A DNA stretch of 64,000 bases from a virus: positions 32,001 through 96,000 of the IMG/VR virus record IMGVR_UViG_3300042465_007929, one strand, 5' to 3'. The stretch's first letter is position 1; each line of letters opens with the position of its first letter. A program made the translations under genes and the position numbers. This document shows positions 20,383-31,159 of this stretch, piece after piece. The notes below the pieces were generated by a model that searched no databases, was not told where the DNA came from, and saw nothing but the letters and a program-made list of their open reading frames with translations.

Positions 20383-22944
20383 TTATTTAAGTTGTGAAAG
20401 TTTCATATAGATTTTGTCTTCAAGAGTTGTGATTTTATCAATAAAAATAATATCGTCCCCCTTAGTCCCTGTGATAATGACAATATTATCTTTGACTGGT
20501 AATTTTTTACCAGAGTTTACATACTCAGTCAATCTTTCTTTATTAGCGCTATCCATAAATAATCCACAAACAGAACCTACATCGTCCTGAAGATCCATTC
20601 TAGCGTATTTGTTTCCATTGGAACTTGTTCTCTTCATGATGTCGGTAATCACGCCCACGAACTGGATATTGCCTCTAGGCTCAACACCTTTGATCTGTTG
20701 AGAAGAAAGTAAATCAGTATGGTTATACCCACTAAAAATTTGTCTGATATTATAAGAGTAACTATAACCTAAAAGCTCTGATTCAAAAAACCAATTAGCA
20801 AACTTAATGTGGCTCCTATTCATTTCATAGATGCTTTTATAAGGCTCATATTTTTTCTTGAATGTCTCAAATCTCTTGGCAGTAAATAGTGGTTTATTAT
20901 CATCAGCAGGAAGAGAATCTTTTTGATATTCATGAATACAGCGAAGAATGTCATAATCGTATTTAGCGCCAAGCTCCACAATATTTCTCTTTTCTCTATC
21001 ACTAAGAATATTAAACGTTTGAGCCTCTAACACGAGTTTACATCGATCTTTAGTCACGAATGAGTCAAGCAGTCCAGCTTGAATAAGAGCTGAGAAGCAA
21101 CCAATATTTAAACTAGATTGTTTTGCCGCCATGAACGCTTCATACTTATTAGAAAACGAACCTTCTCTGAACTCCAGTAGAGCTTCTAGCGACTTATCCG
21201 ATACTCCTTTAATGCAATTTAATCCATAACGGATGTTCTTGCATTCTATCTTGAAATCAATATCTGATTTATTGAGATCAGGAGGAAGTAGTTTGATATC
21301 AAAAAACGATAGTTCTTGTGATATTTTACGAATCTCGTCAAGAGAATCTGGTTCAAATCTTGCAAATTTTAAAAGAGCAAGAAAGAATTCCTGCGGATAG
21401 TTGAATTTGAGATAAACTGTGATTGCGGCGAGATTAGCATAAGAAATACTGTGGCTCTTGTTGAATGAATAGTTAGCAGAATCTTCAGCAACTTTCCAGA
21501 GAACTTCTGCAATTTCAGAATCAAGATTATGTTCTTCGATTTTTTTAGAAATCTTCTCTTTCCACTCTCCCATTTGATCCACTTTCTTCTTGCCAACGAT
21601 GCGTCGAAGTTGTTCTGATTCATCAAGAGAGAATCCGACTTTTACCGCCATCTTCATCAACTGCTCCTGATAAAGTGGAATGCCGCCTGTATAACTAAGG
21701 ACATCATCAAAGAATGGATGAACAGATTGAAAGTCTCCAGTCCTTACATAATCAGCATACCTATCCTTAAAGTCTAATGCTCCGGGTCGAGCGATAGCTA
21801 CAACAGCAGAAAGCTCCTCTAGGCTCCGTGGAGCGATTAGCTTACATACTTTGAAGTTGGTATCTGCTTCAATCTGGAAGAGTCCCTGTGGCTGCTCTAG
21901 GCAAGCTAAAGCTGCGTAGATAGATGGGTGTTGAACGTCAATATCATCTACATTGATTCCGATGTTTTTACAAACAGAATGCACTACAGATAATGTACGA
22001 AGACCAAGAATATCAAATTTCACGCTAAGGCTTGCGACATCATTCATATCATAACCAGAAACCAAAGAATCGTCATTGGTTTTTTGCAATGGCATAATAT
22101 CTTCAACATCATAAAAACTAATACAAATGCCAGAAGGATGAACGCCTGTATTCTTATTTAGACCCTCAAGTTTTTTAGCAATATTATATGACTTAGGATA
22201 TTCATCAGCATACTTCTTGAACGTTTCACTCTCTTCGTATGCCACATCAAGCTTTGCGACCTTGCCAAACTTCTTTGGAATTGAATCACTAATTTCATTA
22301 ACTTGAGTTTCTGAAAGTTCATCTACGATCTTGCCGCATTCTTTAATACAGAGTTTACCACTTAGGGTATTCAACGTAAGAATCTTGCAGGTTCGACCTT
22401 TGTACTTGCGATTGATATAATCAATAACTTCTGCGCGACGATCATATGAAATATCATTGTCTACGTCAGCAAGAAGTCCGCCATCAAGATAGATTTCTCC
22501 GTTATGTTCAATCTTTCTAGCGCGACTTTTAGAGACAAATCTCTCGAAGAAAAGGTCATATTGAATAGGATCAATATTAGTTACTCCAATAACATAAAGA
22601 ACTAGAGATCCTGCGGCAGATCCACGACCCGCACCAGTAGGAATTCCATTTTCCTTACAGTAATTAAGTATATCCCAATTCAGAAGAATATAATCAATGA
22701 ACCCAAGATCATCGAGAACAGAAAGCTCTTCTTTTAAACGATCATAATATTTTTGAACATTATCTTTCTTATCGATTCCTCTGCCTAGAAGACCTTTATA
22801 GCAGAGTCTACGAAGAAAGTTAAAATTAGATTGATCCTCGGAACATCCGACATAATCATAATATTTCTTTTCAATTTTAATTTGAGGCAGTTTGACTCCA
22901 ACTGGAAATGGAGTATCATATTTTTTATAGTCAGAAAAATTCAT
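20383..22944 (-). CDS. dnaE: DNA polymerase III alpha catalytic core (lacks PHP domain)
   Basis: GRGSAAGSLV, LFFERF, DVDND, KFDILGL, YQEQ, YSFNKSH, C-terminal OB fold. Confidence 0.95.
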   Translation of the reverse strand: MNFSDYKKYDTPFPVGVKLPQIKIEKKYYDYVGCSEDQSNFNFLRRLCYKGLLGRGIDKKDNVQKYYDRLKEELSVLDDLGFIDYILLNWDILNYCKENGIPTGAGRGSAAGSLVLYVIGVTNIDPIQYDLFFERFVSKSRARKIEHNGEIYLDGGLLADVDNDISYDRRAEVIDYINRKYKGRTCKILTLNTLSGKLCIKECGKIVDELSETQVNEISDSIPKKFGKVAKLDVAYEESETFKKYADEYPKSYNIAKKLEGLNKNTGVHPSGICISFYDVEDIMPLQKTNDDSLVSGYDMNDVASLSVKFDILGLRTLSVVHSVCKNIGINVDDIDVQHPSIYAALACLEQPQGLFQIEADTNFKVCKLIAPRSLEELSAVVAIARPGALDFKDRYADYVRTGDFQSVHPFFDDVLSYTGGIPLYQEQLMKMAVKVGFSLDESEQLRRIVGKKKVDQMGEWKEKISKKIEEHNLDSEIAEVLWKVAEDSANYSFNKSHSISYANLAAITVYLKFNYPQEFFLALLKFARFEPDSLDEIRKISQELSFFDIKLLPPDLNKSDIDFKIECKNIRYGLNCIKGVSDKSLEALLEFREGSFSNKYEAFMAAKQSSLNIGCFSALIQAGLLDSFVTKDRCKLVLEAQTFNILSDREKRNIVELGAKYDYDILRCIHEYQKDSLPADDNKPLFTAKRFETFKKKYEPYKSIYEMNRSHIKFANWFFESELLGYSYSYNIRQIFSGYNHTDLLSSQQIKGVEPRGNIQFVGVITDIMKRTSSNGNKYARMDLQDDVGSVCGLFMDSANKERLTEYVNSGKKLPVKDNIVIITGTKGDDIIFIDKITTLEDKIYMKLSQLK

Positions 22945-23573
22945 AATTCGATTTCAAAGAGTTGTTTTTTAAAGATTTTATAAGTCATTTCTACGTCGTA
23001 GAGCGCATCATGAAGTTTGCGTTCATCAAATGCAATTTCATATTTTTTCAAGAGAGCTAACTGCGAAGCTTTAACTGTTCTATCTCGATGATTAAGCAGT
23101 TTATATTGCCAGCTAATTAAATTATCTTTTTGCACTGGAATTTGTTTAGCGATAGCCATAGCAAGGCAACGAGTGTCAATAATACGATCAATAAAAGAAT
23201 AGTCGGGCTTTAAACCTATTAGCTTACGCCAAATATTAATCATATAAACATCAAAGCCAAGAACATTTTGTCCAATAAGCTTATATTGTGGATCGTAAAG
23301 ATATTTAGAAAATTTATTAAATGCTTCTGTAGCATCTATAGCTTTTCTTTCATAATATTCTTGAGAAAATCCAGTGACTTTCGCTGCGCCTTCAGAAACT
23401 TTAAGATCATCCCACTTGATATAAATATCAAACTTTTCAAGAATCTTATCTCCTTGGGCGACAATCCAAGCCATTTGCCAAGGCTTAGAATGAACTAAGT
23501 TTAAACCTTCAGTCTCACTATCAAAAATAATATATTTTTGCTGTTTATCGAATCTAAGTAGATCAGTTTGCAT
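22941..23573 (-). CDS. DnaQ-like DEDDh 3'-5' exonuclease
   Basis: FDSETEG, QNVLGFD, IDT, HDALYD. Confidence 0.9.
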   Translation of the reverse strand: MQTDLLRFDKQQKYIIFDSETEGLNLVHSKPWQMAWIVAQGDKILEKFDIYIKWDDLKVSEGAAKVTGFSQEYYERKAIDATEAFNKFSKYLYDPQYKLIGQNVLGFDVYMINIWRKLIGLKPDYSFIDRIIDTRCLAMAIAKQIPVQKDNLISWQYKLLNHRDRTVKASQLALLKKYEIAFDERKLHDALYDVEMTYKIFKKQLFEIEL

Positions 23574-24324
23574 TTTGTTCTAGGTAACTTTCAAAGCTGA
23601 ATTCATCGCTTCCAAAGTGATTGAGATTGGGGCTTGATAAAGATGCCGCTTTTCCAAAGCTACGATTGCAAAGAATCTTATAGGTTTGAAGTGCTGCATA
23701 GTCTTTTTTGTCTTTATAATAAATAGACTTAACACGCTTTCTTTTGTAATCATATCCACTAGAAGCAAAGTGGTCAATATGATTTTCGATAATAGCATCA
23801 AAAGGAAGGCTATTGTTTTCCAAAAAGAATGAAGGCTTAATACTTGAGAAATCAGGAACGCAGTTCGCTAGATACATCTGATTATTAAAAATAAATGAAT
23901 CATAAAACGGAATCACCAAATCAACATCATCTTTTTCCCAAATTGAATTTAAATATTTAAAGTCAATTCTATTATTGCAGTTCATTGCAGAATGAGATGA
24001 AATCTTATTCAATAACTTGCATCCATTATCATTCTTAGAAAAGATAATAATCTTATGATTTGATGTTGCTGATTCATCAGAAACATCATTGCAGCATGTT
24101 AATCTTAGACCAAAGATTAATTGAATATCATTTTCTTTGCAAACGTTGTGAGCTTTAATAAAGCCTGTCATACGATCCTCTACCAATACAAGGGTTTTAA
24201 TATTGTGATCGTTGCAAATAGTGATGATGCTATCTGGACCTTCGGACTCTTCCGAAGTGTCTAAAGTCAAAATAGACTTCCCGATAGAATAAGTGCTTTT
24301 CCATATTGGAATAATAGGGGTCAT
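23563..24324 (-). CDS. stand-alone PHP domain of DNA polymerase III alpha
   Basis: KSTYSIGKSIL, LVED.MTGF, LIFGLR, KNDNGCKLLNKISS, RIDF; metal-binding His residues missing. Confidence 0.85.
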   Translation of the reverse strand: MTPIIPIWKSTYSIGKSILTLDTSEESEGPDSIITICNDHNIKTLVLVEDRMTGFIKAHNVCKENDIQLIFGLRLTCCNDVSDESATSNHKIIIFSKNDNGCKLLNKISSHSAMNCNNRIDFKYLNSIWEKDDVDLVIPFYDSFIFNNQMYLANCVPDFSSIKPSFFLENNSLPFDAIIENHIDHFASSGYDYKRKRVKSIYYKDKKDYAALQTYKILCNRSFGKAASLSSPNLNHFGSDEFSFESYLEQNAN

Positions 24325-24330
24325 ACGTTC

Positions 24331-24358
24331 AGTATAACCCCTATCGAAATTTGGACAA
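24331..24358 (-). promoter_or_regulatory. sigma70-like promoter, near-leaderless
   Basis: TTGTCC-16-TATACT ending 6 nt before ATG 24324. Confidence 0.5.
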
Positions 24359-24371
24359 GTAAAATTTTAAC

Positions 24372-25388
24372 TTATTTTTGAAATTTAGGACAACCTCCGT
24401 AGTATTTCATTTCAAAATTTCCACCTTCTGGAACTAGTTTCTCAGAAAATTCTTCTTCTCTAATAGAAGTTACAAATTCTTTGTTTTTATTAAAAATATG
24501 ATAATAAAAGAATGGGAATTTTGATGAACAATGCCACATTAATGATCCATCTTTTTTAAGATGCCCCTCATAATCAGCCCTGCCACAAACTAGTTTACCA
24601 GCGAATCCCTCATCCTTTGCAGGATAACCTTTATCATAAGCAAAATTAGATTTGCCAGTTTTTTCAGTAAACTTATTAAGCGTTTCTTGTATTCCTGTTA
24701 AGAAATATTCAAAACCTTCAAGTTCGTCATCTGAAAGTTGATCCATTTTTAAATGACCCTTACCTCTGCAATCAAACTTAATAAATAAGAACTCTGAGTT
24801 TCTTTTAATATACTCTGGATACAAATATTTGACTGCAAGACTGTACATTAAATCCTGCATATTATCTGAGGCTTCTTTACCTTCAAAAACTCCTTTGGAA
24901 GTTTTAAAATCTCTAATAAGAATTCGACTTTGTTTTTTAAATAGGAATAGTTTATCGATAAAACCTAAGATTCTATAATTTTTGCCATCCTCATTAATAT
25001 TTAAATCAAATTTTTCTTCGCTAAGAGCTTGAGACAATTCTTTATCCTCTTCACCGAAGAAATCAAAGTTTAACCCCTCAACTGTCATTGAATTAATAAG
25101 ATCAACATTTTCTTGGTCAGCAATGTTGTATTTTTTTACATAAGCCATCACCATTCTTTCTATAGGCTTTGACGCAAAGATATCTTGAGCTTTTACAATC
25201 GAATCATAATGATGCTTATGTTTTGGATTGCCAAGATTTTCAAAAATAGCATGGCATATACTGCCCCTTAAATTACCATGATTATTTTTATTGGGTAATT
25301 TAAGTTTATAATTTGTCCAGTAAAGCCAACTACATGTTTGCAGTGTTTTGATTCTGGATGCTGATAGTGGGGTATTAGGCTCGGTCAT
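24372..25388 (-). CDS. PD-(D/E)XK RecB/Cas4-like nuclease
   Basis: LSASRIKTLQTC, GSICH, GFIDKL, IRDFKTSK. Confidence 0.85.
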   Translation of the reverse strand: MTEPNTPLSASRIKTLQTCSWLYWTNYKLKLPNKNNHGNLRGSICHAIFENLGNPKHKHHYDSIVKAQDIFASKPIERMVMAYVKKYNIADQENVDLINSMTVEGLNFDFFGEEDKELSQALSEEKFDLNINEDGKNYRILGFIDKLFLFKKQSRILIRDFKTSKGVFEGKEASDNMQDLMYSLAVKYLYPEYIKRNSEFLFIKFDCRGKGHLKMDQLSDDELEGFEYFLTGIQETLNKFTEKTGKSNFAYDKGYPAKDEGFAGKLVCGRADYEGHLKKDGSLMWHCSSKFPFFYYHIFNKNKEFVTSIREEEFSEKLVPEGGNFEMKYYGGCPKFQK

Positions 25389-26451
25389 TACAAAGTTTTG
25401 AAAATTTAGTTACATCTTTAGCATTGAAAAGCATGGGATTTTTTTCAACAAAACTTAGAATAGCTTTTATTTGCTTATCTTTGTCAATCTCCTGTGAGAG
25501 CCAGTCTTTAAGATTATATCCGCTTTCATGAGCAATTCCAAAGTCATTATGAGGCTTTGGCGGCAGCTTGATAACTAATTGATTAAGGTCGAAAAACTTA
25601 CTAAGATTCATGAAAATCTTAATGGATGAAATAAGTCCATGATTCTTTTCTGATTCTGAATCGTTATTATTGGAAATAATAATTCGATCAATCTCTTTGC
25701 CACTAAGGTATGAAATGATTTTTGGATTAATACCAAGACCGAAAGTAACTAGAGAATTCTTAATGCCTTGATCGAATAATGCCATACTATCACCAATGCT
25801 CTCTACAAGAATAACTTCTTTAGCTTGATCAATATATTCATCTACTATTGTAGGGGCTGGAACATATGCTGGATAAACCCAATTCTTTCTCTTGCCAAGA
25901 TGCTTCCATTTAGCGAAATCATTTTCATTGTCTACTTTTCGCCCAGAGAATCCAATAATTTGTTTATTCTCATCATAGATTGGAAAAACCATCCTGCGAT
26001 ACATTTGTCCCACACCAGCAAGACCAACTTTAAAAAACTTTTGAGTAGTTTCTGAAATTGATTTATTTTTATAAAAATTGTAATTAGGAAACAATCTTTC
26101 TAGCGCGGATTCTGGATAAATTTTTTCCATTTCAATTAATTCTTTGTTTTCTGTATAGGTATAAGTTTCGCCTTTTTGAATACTGCTGAGTATGGTCTTT
26201 AATTTACACTTATCATCTTTTAATGTAAGTTGAATCAAAGCCTCTAAGGGTTTAGATCCCTTATTCTCAATATAATCATTCCATACTCCAGTATTCTTGT
26301 AAATCTGAACTGCTGTTTTGTTATCGCCATTTCTATAAATAGCACTAGTTCTCCAATGATTGCCACAATCAATAAGTTTGTACCCTATCGATTCTAACAC
26401 TTCTTTAATGCTATTAGAATCTATCGAAGTTGGGGAGGTCGTCATTGTCAT
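25375..26451 (-). CDS. dnaG: DNA primase (TOPRIM)
   Basis: RMVFPIYD..IIGFSGR, ILVESIGD, TFG; zinc-finger cysteines degenerate. Confidence 0.85.
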   Translation of the reverse strand: MTMTTSPTSIDSNSIKEVLESIGYKLIDCGNHWRTSAIYRNGDNKTAVQIYKNTGVWNDYIENKGSKPLEALIQLTLKDDKCKLKTILSSIQKGETYTYTENKELIEMEKIYPESALERLFPNYNFYKNKSISETTQKFFKVGLAGVGQMYRRMVFPIYDENKQIIGFSGRKVDNENDFAKWKHLGKRKNWVYPAYVPAPTIVDEYIDQAKEVILVESIGDSMALFDQGIKNSLVTFGLGINPKIISYLSGKEIDRIIISNNNDSESEKNHGLISSIKIFMNLSKFFDLNQLVIKLPPKPHNDFGIAHESGYNLKDWLSQEIDKDKQIKAILSFVEKNPMLFNAKDVTKFSKLCNDRA

Positions 26452-27931
26452 CTGAATCTTCTAGTTCTTGATCTCCTTCTAGAGCTTTAGCAATATCTCT
26501 CAAATCACCACATTCTGCAATATTAAAATTAGCAAATTCTAAATTAACAAAATTCTTGCGAAGTGCATCTCCAATACGAACTGGCTCAACAGCGCCAGCA
26601 ATATCTTTTCCCAAATGTCGAGCTTTAACATTAATAAGCTTATGAGTACCAAATCGAACTCCTTCTGTTTGGATCTCATCAGCGGTTTTATTTCTAAGAA
26701 TAAACATATGAGAACAGAACTGAGTAATACGGTCAGAAAGAGATACAACGCTTTCATCATCAATAACATTAGCCGCCATTCGATTATTAGTAATACCACT
26801 TCGGTTAGATTGAACAGAAGTAATCATTGGGATAACTGGATTACCATCCTCAAGAATCTCTTTCTGAATGCATTTCTTAAACTTATCAACCATCTCACCA
26901 ACAGTTTGCCATTCGCTTTTTCCAGCTCCAGATTCTGAAGTAGTCTTAATATAATCGAATGAGAAAATCATTTGATTGCCACGGCCAACTTTGGAATAAT
27001 AGAAGCGCTTGAGGGTATCAATCATTGAGTCTACATCCATACCACCAACATTATAATAATAGAATTGAAGATCTTTAATTTTAGACCAAACACTGCGAAC
27101 CTTATCTACAACTTCTTGCCCAGCCCTACGCCAGTTACCACTTTCAATCAGATGCATTGGTACTCCTGATAGAGCAGCGCATTGACGCATTACAAGCTCT
27201 TCCTTGCTCATCTCTCCATTGTCAAAGTGAAGAACTGGAACATTGTATTTAGCGCTAACCTTAGTGGCGTAGTGCATACAAAACTGAGTCTTACCCACTC
27301 CAGAACGAGCTACAATAACTGTAATATTTCCCGGACGAAGAAGCGATCCATAAATCTCATTAACCTTTGGGTGTGGACCCATCATTCCAAATTCAGTAAT
27401 AGGATTATTACCCCGTTCTTCAATGATGTCTTCCATATCAGCATAGATATTCTCAGGGACATCCTTTCCGATCTCATAGAGATTAATCTTGGAATTATAA
27501 ATACCATCTGCACACTCAACAATTTGCTGATATGAAGATTCTGGCGACATAGACTTCATTGCCTTTGCCATTTCCTGAGATGAATTAAAAATCTCTCTAC
27601 GGATAGAGAATTTCTTCAACTCTTTAGCTGTCTTAACTAAATTACCTGCTGGAACTTTTCTTAAAGCCAAAGACTTGATATAGTCAGATGGGTTTAGATT
27701 ATCTTCAAAGGATAAACCAATAGAATTGATTCTTTGAGCAATAATAATCTCATCAATCTCATCACCAGCATCAATAGCTTGTTTAATAATTGTAAAAATA
27801 GCACTATGAAGATTACTCTGCTCAGAGTAAAAATCAGATGCATCAATAAAATTAGAAATCTGTGAAAAATGCTGTGACTCTTTAATAAGCCCAGCGAGGA
27901 GTTGTTTTTCTATTTCGAAGTTATAAATCAT
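26414..27931 (-). CDS. dnaB: replicative DNA helicase
   Basis: N-terminal EKQLLAGL, ARSGVGKT, EM, FDYIK, QSNR, KARH. Confidence 0.93.
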   Translation of the reverse strand: MIYNFEIEKQLLAGLIKESQHFSQISNFIDASDFYSEQSNLHSAIFTIIKQAIDAGDEIDEIIIAQRINSIGLSFEDNLNPSDYIKSLALRKVPAGNLVKTAKELKKFSIRREIFNSSQEMAKAMKSMSPESSYQQIVECADGIYNSKINLYEIGKDVPENIYADMEDIIEERGNNPITEFGMMGPHPKVNEIYGSLLRPGNITVIVARSGVGKTQFCMHYATKVSAKYNVPVLHFDNGEMSKEELVMRQCAALSGVPMHLIESGNWRRAGQEVVDKVRSVWSKIKDLQFYYYNVGGMDVDSMIDTLKRFYYSKVGRGNQMIFSFDYIKTTSESGAGKSEWQTVGEMVDKFKKCIQKEILEDGNPVIPMITSVQSNRSGITNNRMAANVIDDESVVSLSDRITQFCSHMFILRNKTADEIQTEGVRFGTHKLINVKARHLGKDIAGAVEPVRIGDALRKNFVNLEFANFNIAECGDLRDIAKALEGDQELEDSDDNDDLPNFDRF

Positions 27932-27971
27932 CTCGTAGTTATTCTATCGTTCTATCTAAGGTATGCAAGCT

Positions 27972-28217
27972 TTATTCGTCAATCATTTCACTATCGCTAT
28001 CTGTCCTAATTAAATAATCAGACATTGCTTTTTTTAGACCAAGTTCAGTGATAACTGAATCGAATCTTGAATAAATCATTGGGCATCCCTTTTCAGTGAC
28101 ACACGCGATAATTAATCCTTTATATTTATCTGAATCACCACTCAATTCATAAAGTTTATTAACTAAGCTATCTGGGATGCTAAATTCTGGTTGTTCGTCT
28201 GGTTCAAATTCTTCCAT
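27972..28217 (-). CDS. hypothetical protein
   Basis: Operon-packed ORF; start taken at MEEF. Confidence 0.65.
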   Translation of the reverse strand: MEEFEPDEQPEFSIPDSLVNKLYELSGDSDKYKGLIIACVTEKGCPMIYSRFDSVITELGLKKAMSDYLIRTDSDSEMIDE

Positions 28218-28218
28218 A

Positions 28219-28626
28219 TTATAAATAAATTCCTTGGCTTTCAAAAAACTCTAAACAAACATGATCGTTTGGATAGATCTCTAGTAATTTTAAATTGTTG
28301 GTTTGACAAAATTCATATTTTTTATCATCCCTTTTTAATTGTTGTAAATATTTAAGGCGATTCCCATGAAAAAATTTTATAAATTTAGTATGTTGTGCGC
28401 CCTGCACTTCTATCATGATCTTTTTATTAGCATTATAAAAGTCGAAACTTAATCGTGTTCCAACTAATCTAAATTCTTCAAAAACAATGTCATGTTGCCA
28501 ATATGGTTGAAGAAATTGTTTTACCTCAAATTGAAATTTGCTCCTGCTTTTTAAATTCCAATCTATTAGATATTTTTTAGCATTTTTAAGATTTAATTCT
28601 CGACCATTAATGCCTATAAATCTCAT
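28219..28626 (-). CDS. DUF559/Vsr-like endonuclease
   Basis: FDFY...IEVQG.QH...RD..K...C....KLLEI. Confidence 0.8.
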   Translation of the reverse strand: MRFIGINGRELNLKNAKKYLIDWNLKSRSKFQFEVKQFLQPYWQHDIVFEEFRLVGTRLSFDFYNANKKIMIEVQGAQHTKFIKFFHGNRLKYLQQLKRDDKKYEFCQTNNLKLLEIYPNDHVCLEFFESQGIYL

Positions 28627-29771
28627 GCGTTTAGATTATTAATTGATGCTTTAAAGTAATTAACTAAAAATTCACAGAGCTTATTATCATCTTCAATAAT
28701 TTTGAAGAGATTATTATCTCCTTGGATAGTTTCTGGAAACTCAAAGCCATTCTCTACAAGAAGTTCTTTAAACTCCTCAACAGGTTTGATCCACGCACCC
28801 CTTTTTTCGATAAACTCCCAAGCATAAAGAAGATCAACAATTTCTTTTTGCACCCAAATTGAAGTACCATTTTTACGACCATATCGAATGGGGTAAGTAA
28901 TAGTCATATTGGTTTTTTCATTAGGTGACTTTTTAATAGTTGCTTTAGCAAAATGTCCAATAATTGGATTCTTTTTAATATCAATAGTTTTATTAGCTGA
29001 ATCCTGAAGAATAAGATCGCCCTTATAACGAGGTTCAAACTCTACAATATAATTTGCAAAGTGAAGAAGAGCATTTCCTCCAGTAGCACTAGTCTGACGA
29101 ATTGGGGCTTTCGAATATGGATCTAGTTTAATATCAGCACGAACTTGACTGATAAAAATTGCCATGTGACCACGCTTAGTCAAAGCAATAGAAAGTCGCT
29201 TCATAAAATTGGCAGCAATAACCGCGCCACCAGCAACCTTGTTGCTATCTTCAAATGATTTATCAAGATCACCTTTTGTGATGAGTCCATCAACAGAATC
29301 AAGCAGGAAGCAATATTTTGTTTTCTCGTCATTCTTAGCAACAAGCTCTCTCATTACATCTACAACAGTTTCATAGATATTGCTTTCAAAAACAAAACAA
29401 GTGCCAGCCACCCATTCTTCTGCCGAAAAGACAAATCTAACTCCAGATCGTTCTCTCATTTCTGGGGATAGCCTTCCTTCTGCTTTAATATAAAAGCCTT
29501 TGGCATTTGGAAGATTATTGCAAAAGTTCTTCATAACCTCCAATGACTCAGAAGTCTTTCCGCCTTCATTCATACCAACAAAACGATGCAGTCCGGGTCC
29601 AAATCCACCTCCCAGTTGCAGATCAAATTGAAGAGATCCGCTAGAGACTTTGTAGTCAATTTCATCTTCAAAATTATAATGATCTTCTTTATTAGTTTTC
29701 AAAAAAGAACCAAGAACACTTTGCGAACTTGGAATTTCTTTGCTGACTTTTTCTTCTTTAATTTTACTCAT
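28623..29771 (-). CDS. recA: RecA/UvsX recombinase
   Basis: SSGSLQFDLQLGGG, GMNEGGKT, LLDSV, FISQVR, TGGNALLHFA. Confidence 0.9.
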   Translation of the reverse strand: MSKIKEEKVSKEIPSSQSVLGSFLKTNKEDHYNFEDEIDYKVSSGSLQFDLQLGGGFGPGLHRFVGMNEGGKTSESLEVMKNFCNNLPNAKGFYIKAEGRLSPEMRERSGVRFVFSAEEWVAGTCFVFESNIYETVVDVMRELVAKNDEKTKYCFLLDSVDGLITKGDLDKSFEDSNKVAGGAVIAANFMKRLSIALTKRGHMAIFISQVRADIKLDPYSKAPIRQTSATGGNALLHFANYIVEFEPRYKGDLILQDSANKTIDIKKNPIIGHFAKATIKKSPNEKTNMTITYPIRYGRKNGTSIWVQKEIVDLLYAWEFIEKRGAWIKPVEEFKELLVENGFEFPETIQGDNNLFKIIEDDNKLCEFLVNYFKASINNLNA

Positions 29772-30120
29772 TTAAAAATTGTTTTGTTGTTTTTTTTCTT
29801 TGTTTTACCTCTATGTCTTCACCTATCTTGTCTCCAATAGAATAACTCTCATACTTGCTAGAGTCAACCCTAAAGTTAAATGCTGTAAATTTTAAATCCA
29901 TCTTCATCTTTAATTTATCACATACAATATAAGCGAGAGATTCAAATTTCTGGTCGAAAGAAACAATATTCATAAATTCTTCAGAATATCTTTCACAAAG
30001 ATCATTTAAAATCTTCATTTCTCGCATATAAAAAAGACGCTTATCCTTCGTGGGAACAAGCGTCAGTCTAGAAAGAATATCTTTCTTGTTGATTTTTTTC
30101 TTTGCTTTCTTTTTAGCCAC
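29764..30120 (-). CDS. hypothetical basic protein
   Basis: 118-aa ORF overlapping both neighbours; GTG start. Confidence 0.65.
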   Translation of the reverse strand: MAKKKAKKKINKKDILSRLTLVPTKDKRLFYMREMKILNDLCERYSEEFMNIVSFDQKFESLAYIVCDKLKMKMDLKFTAFNFRVDSSKYESYSIGDKIGEDIEVKQRKKTTKQFLNE

Positions 30121-31159
30121 GCCCTATTTTAAGCTCTTCAATGTCATTGTCAATCATTTTTTTCACAAGACCTTTAAAGTCTGTTTTGGGTTCCCAATCA
30201 ATAAACGCTCTAGCGTTAGTTGAATCTCCCCATAAAAGCTCTACTTCTGCTGGTCTGTAAAATTTTGGATTAATTTTTACTACGGTTTTACTATTGACGA
30301 TAAACTCTTCATCTTCTGGGTGTCCGGTAGTATTTCTCCATGATCCATTCAAACCTGCATACCAAAAAGCTAACTCTACAAATTCTCTAATAGAATGAGT
30401 TTCATTGGATGATAGAACATATTCTTTTGGGGAATCTTGATTCAACATCAACCAAACTCCATTAATAAAATCTTCAGCATCGCTCCAATCTCTTTTCGCA
30501 TCTAAGTTGCCAAGCTCAAGAGAATTATAGTCTTGTCCATTATCAATTGCATTTTTAATACGAGCAACTGATTTTGTGATTTTACGAGTAACAAACTCTT
30601 CTCCCCTACGAGTGCCTTCGTGATTAAACAGCCAACCTTGGATTGCAAAAAGATTATAAGACTCCCTGTAAACCTTGACAAGGTGTCTTGCTGACGCTTT
30701 GGATGCTCCATAAGGGCTTCTTGGGCGAAGAGGATGAGCTTCATCCTGCGGTACATAAGCGACATCTCCAAACTCTTCAGAAGATCCTGCGTTATAATAA
30801 CGGCAATTCGGAGCAAACTTTCTGATAGCTTCTAATTGGTATAGAACTGCCATACAATTTGTATTCATATGATTAACTGGCATAGTCCAACTATTACCGA
30901 CAAATGAATTAGCAGCAAAATTAATAAAATAATCTGGTTGTTCGATACGAATAACTTCCTCTACGTTTTGTGAATCTGTAATGTCTAAATCAATTAATTT
31001 AAATCTTGGATTATTTTTAAGATGGTCTATATTTTTATGATTAACAACGCTTAATCTTCTAACTCCAGCAATAACTGTATGCTCGGTATTTTCAAGAAGA
31101 AAATCAGCCATAAAACTTCCGTCTTGCCCTGTAACTCCTGTAATAATTATTTTTTTCAT
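30113..31159 (-). CDS. gmd: GDP-mannose 4,6-dehydratase
   Basis: TGVTGQDGS, SSEEFG, PRSPYGASK, FNHE, FVTRKI, LGNLDAKRDW, YRPAEV. Confidence 0.95.
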   Translation of the reverse strand: MKKIIITGVTGQDGSFMADFLLENTEHTVIAGVRRLSVVNHKNIDHLKNNPRFKLIDLDITDSQNVEEVIRIEQPDYFINFAANSFVGNSWTMPVNHMNTNCMAVLYQLEAIRKFAPNCRYYNAGSSEEFGDVAYVPQDEAHPLRPRSPYGASKASARHLVKVYRESYNLFAIQGWLFNHEGTRRGEEFVTRKITKSVARIKNAIDNGQDYNSLELGNLDAKRDWSDAEDFINGVWLMLNQDSPKEYVLSSNETHSIREFVELAFWYAGLNGSWRNTTGHPEDEEFIVNSKTVVKINPKFYRPAEVELLWGDSTNARAFIDWEPKTDFKGLVKKMIDNDIEELKIGRG

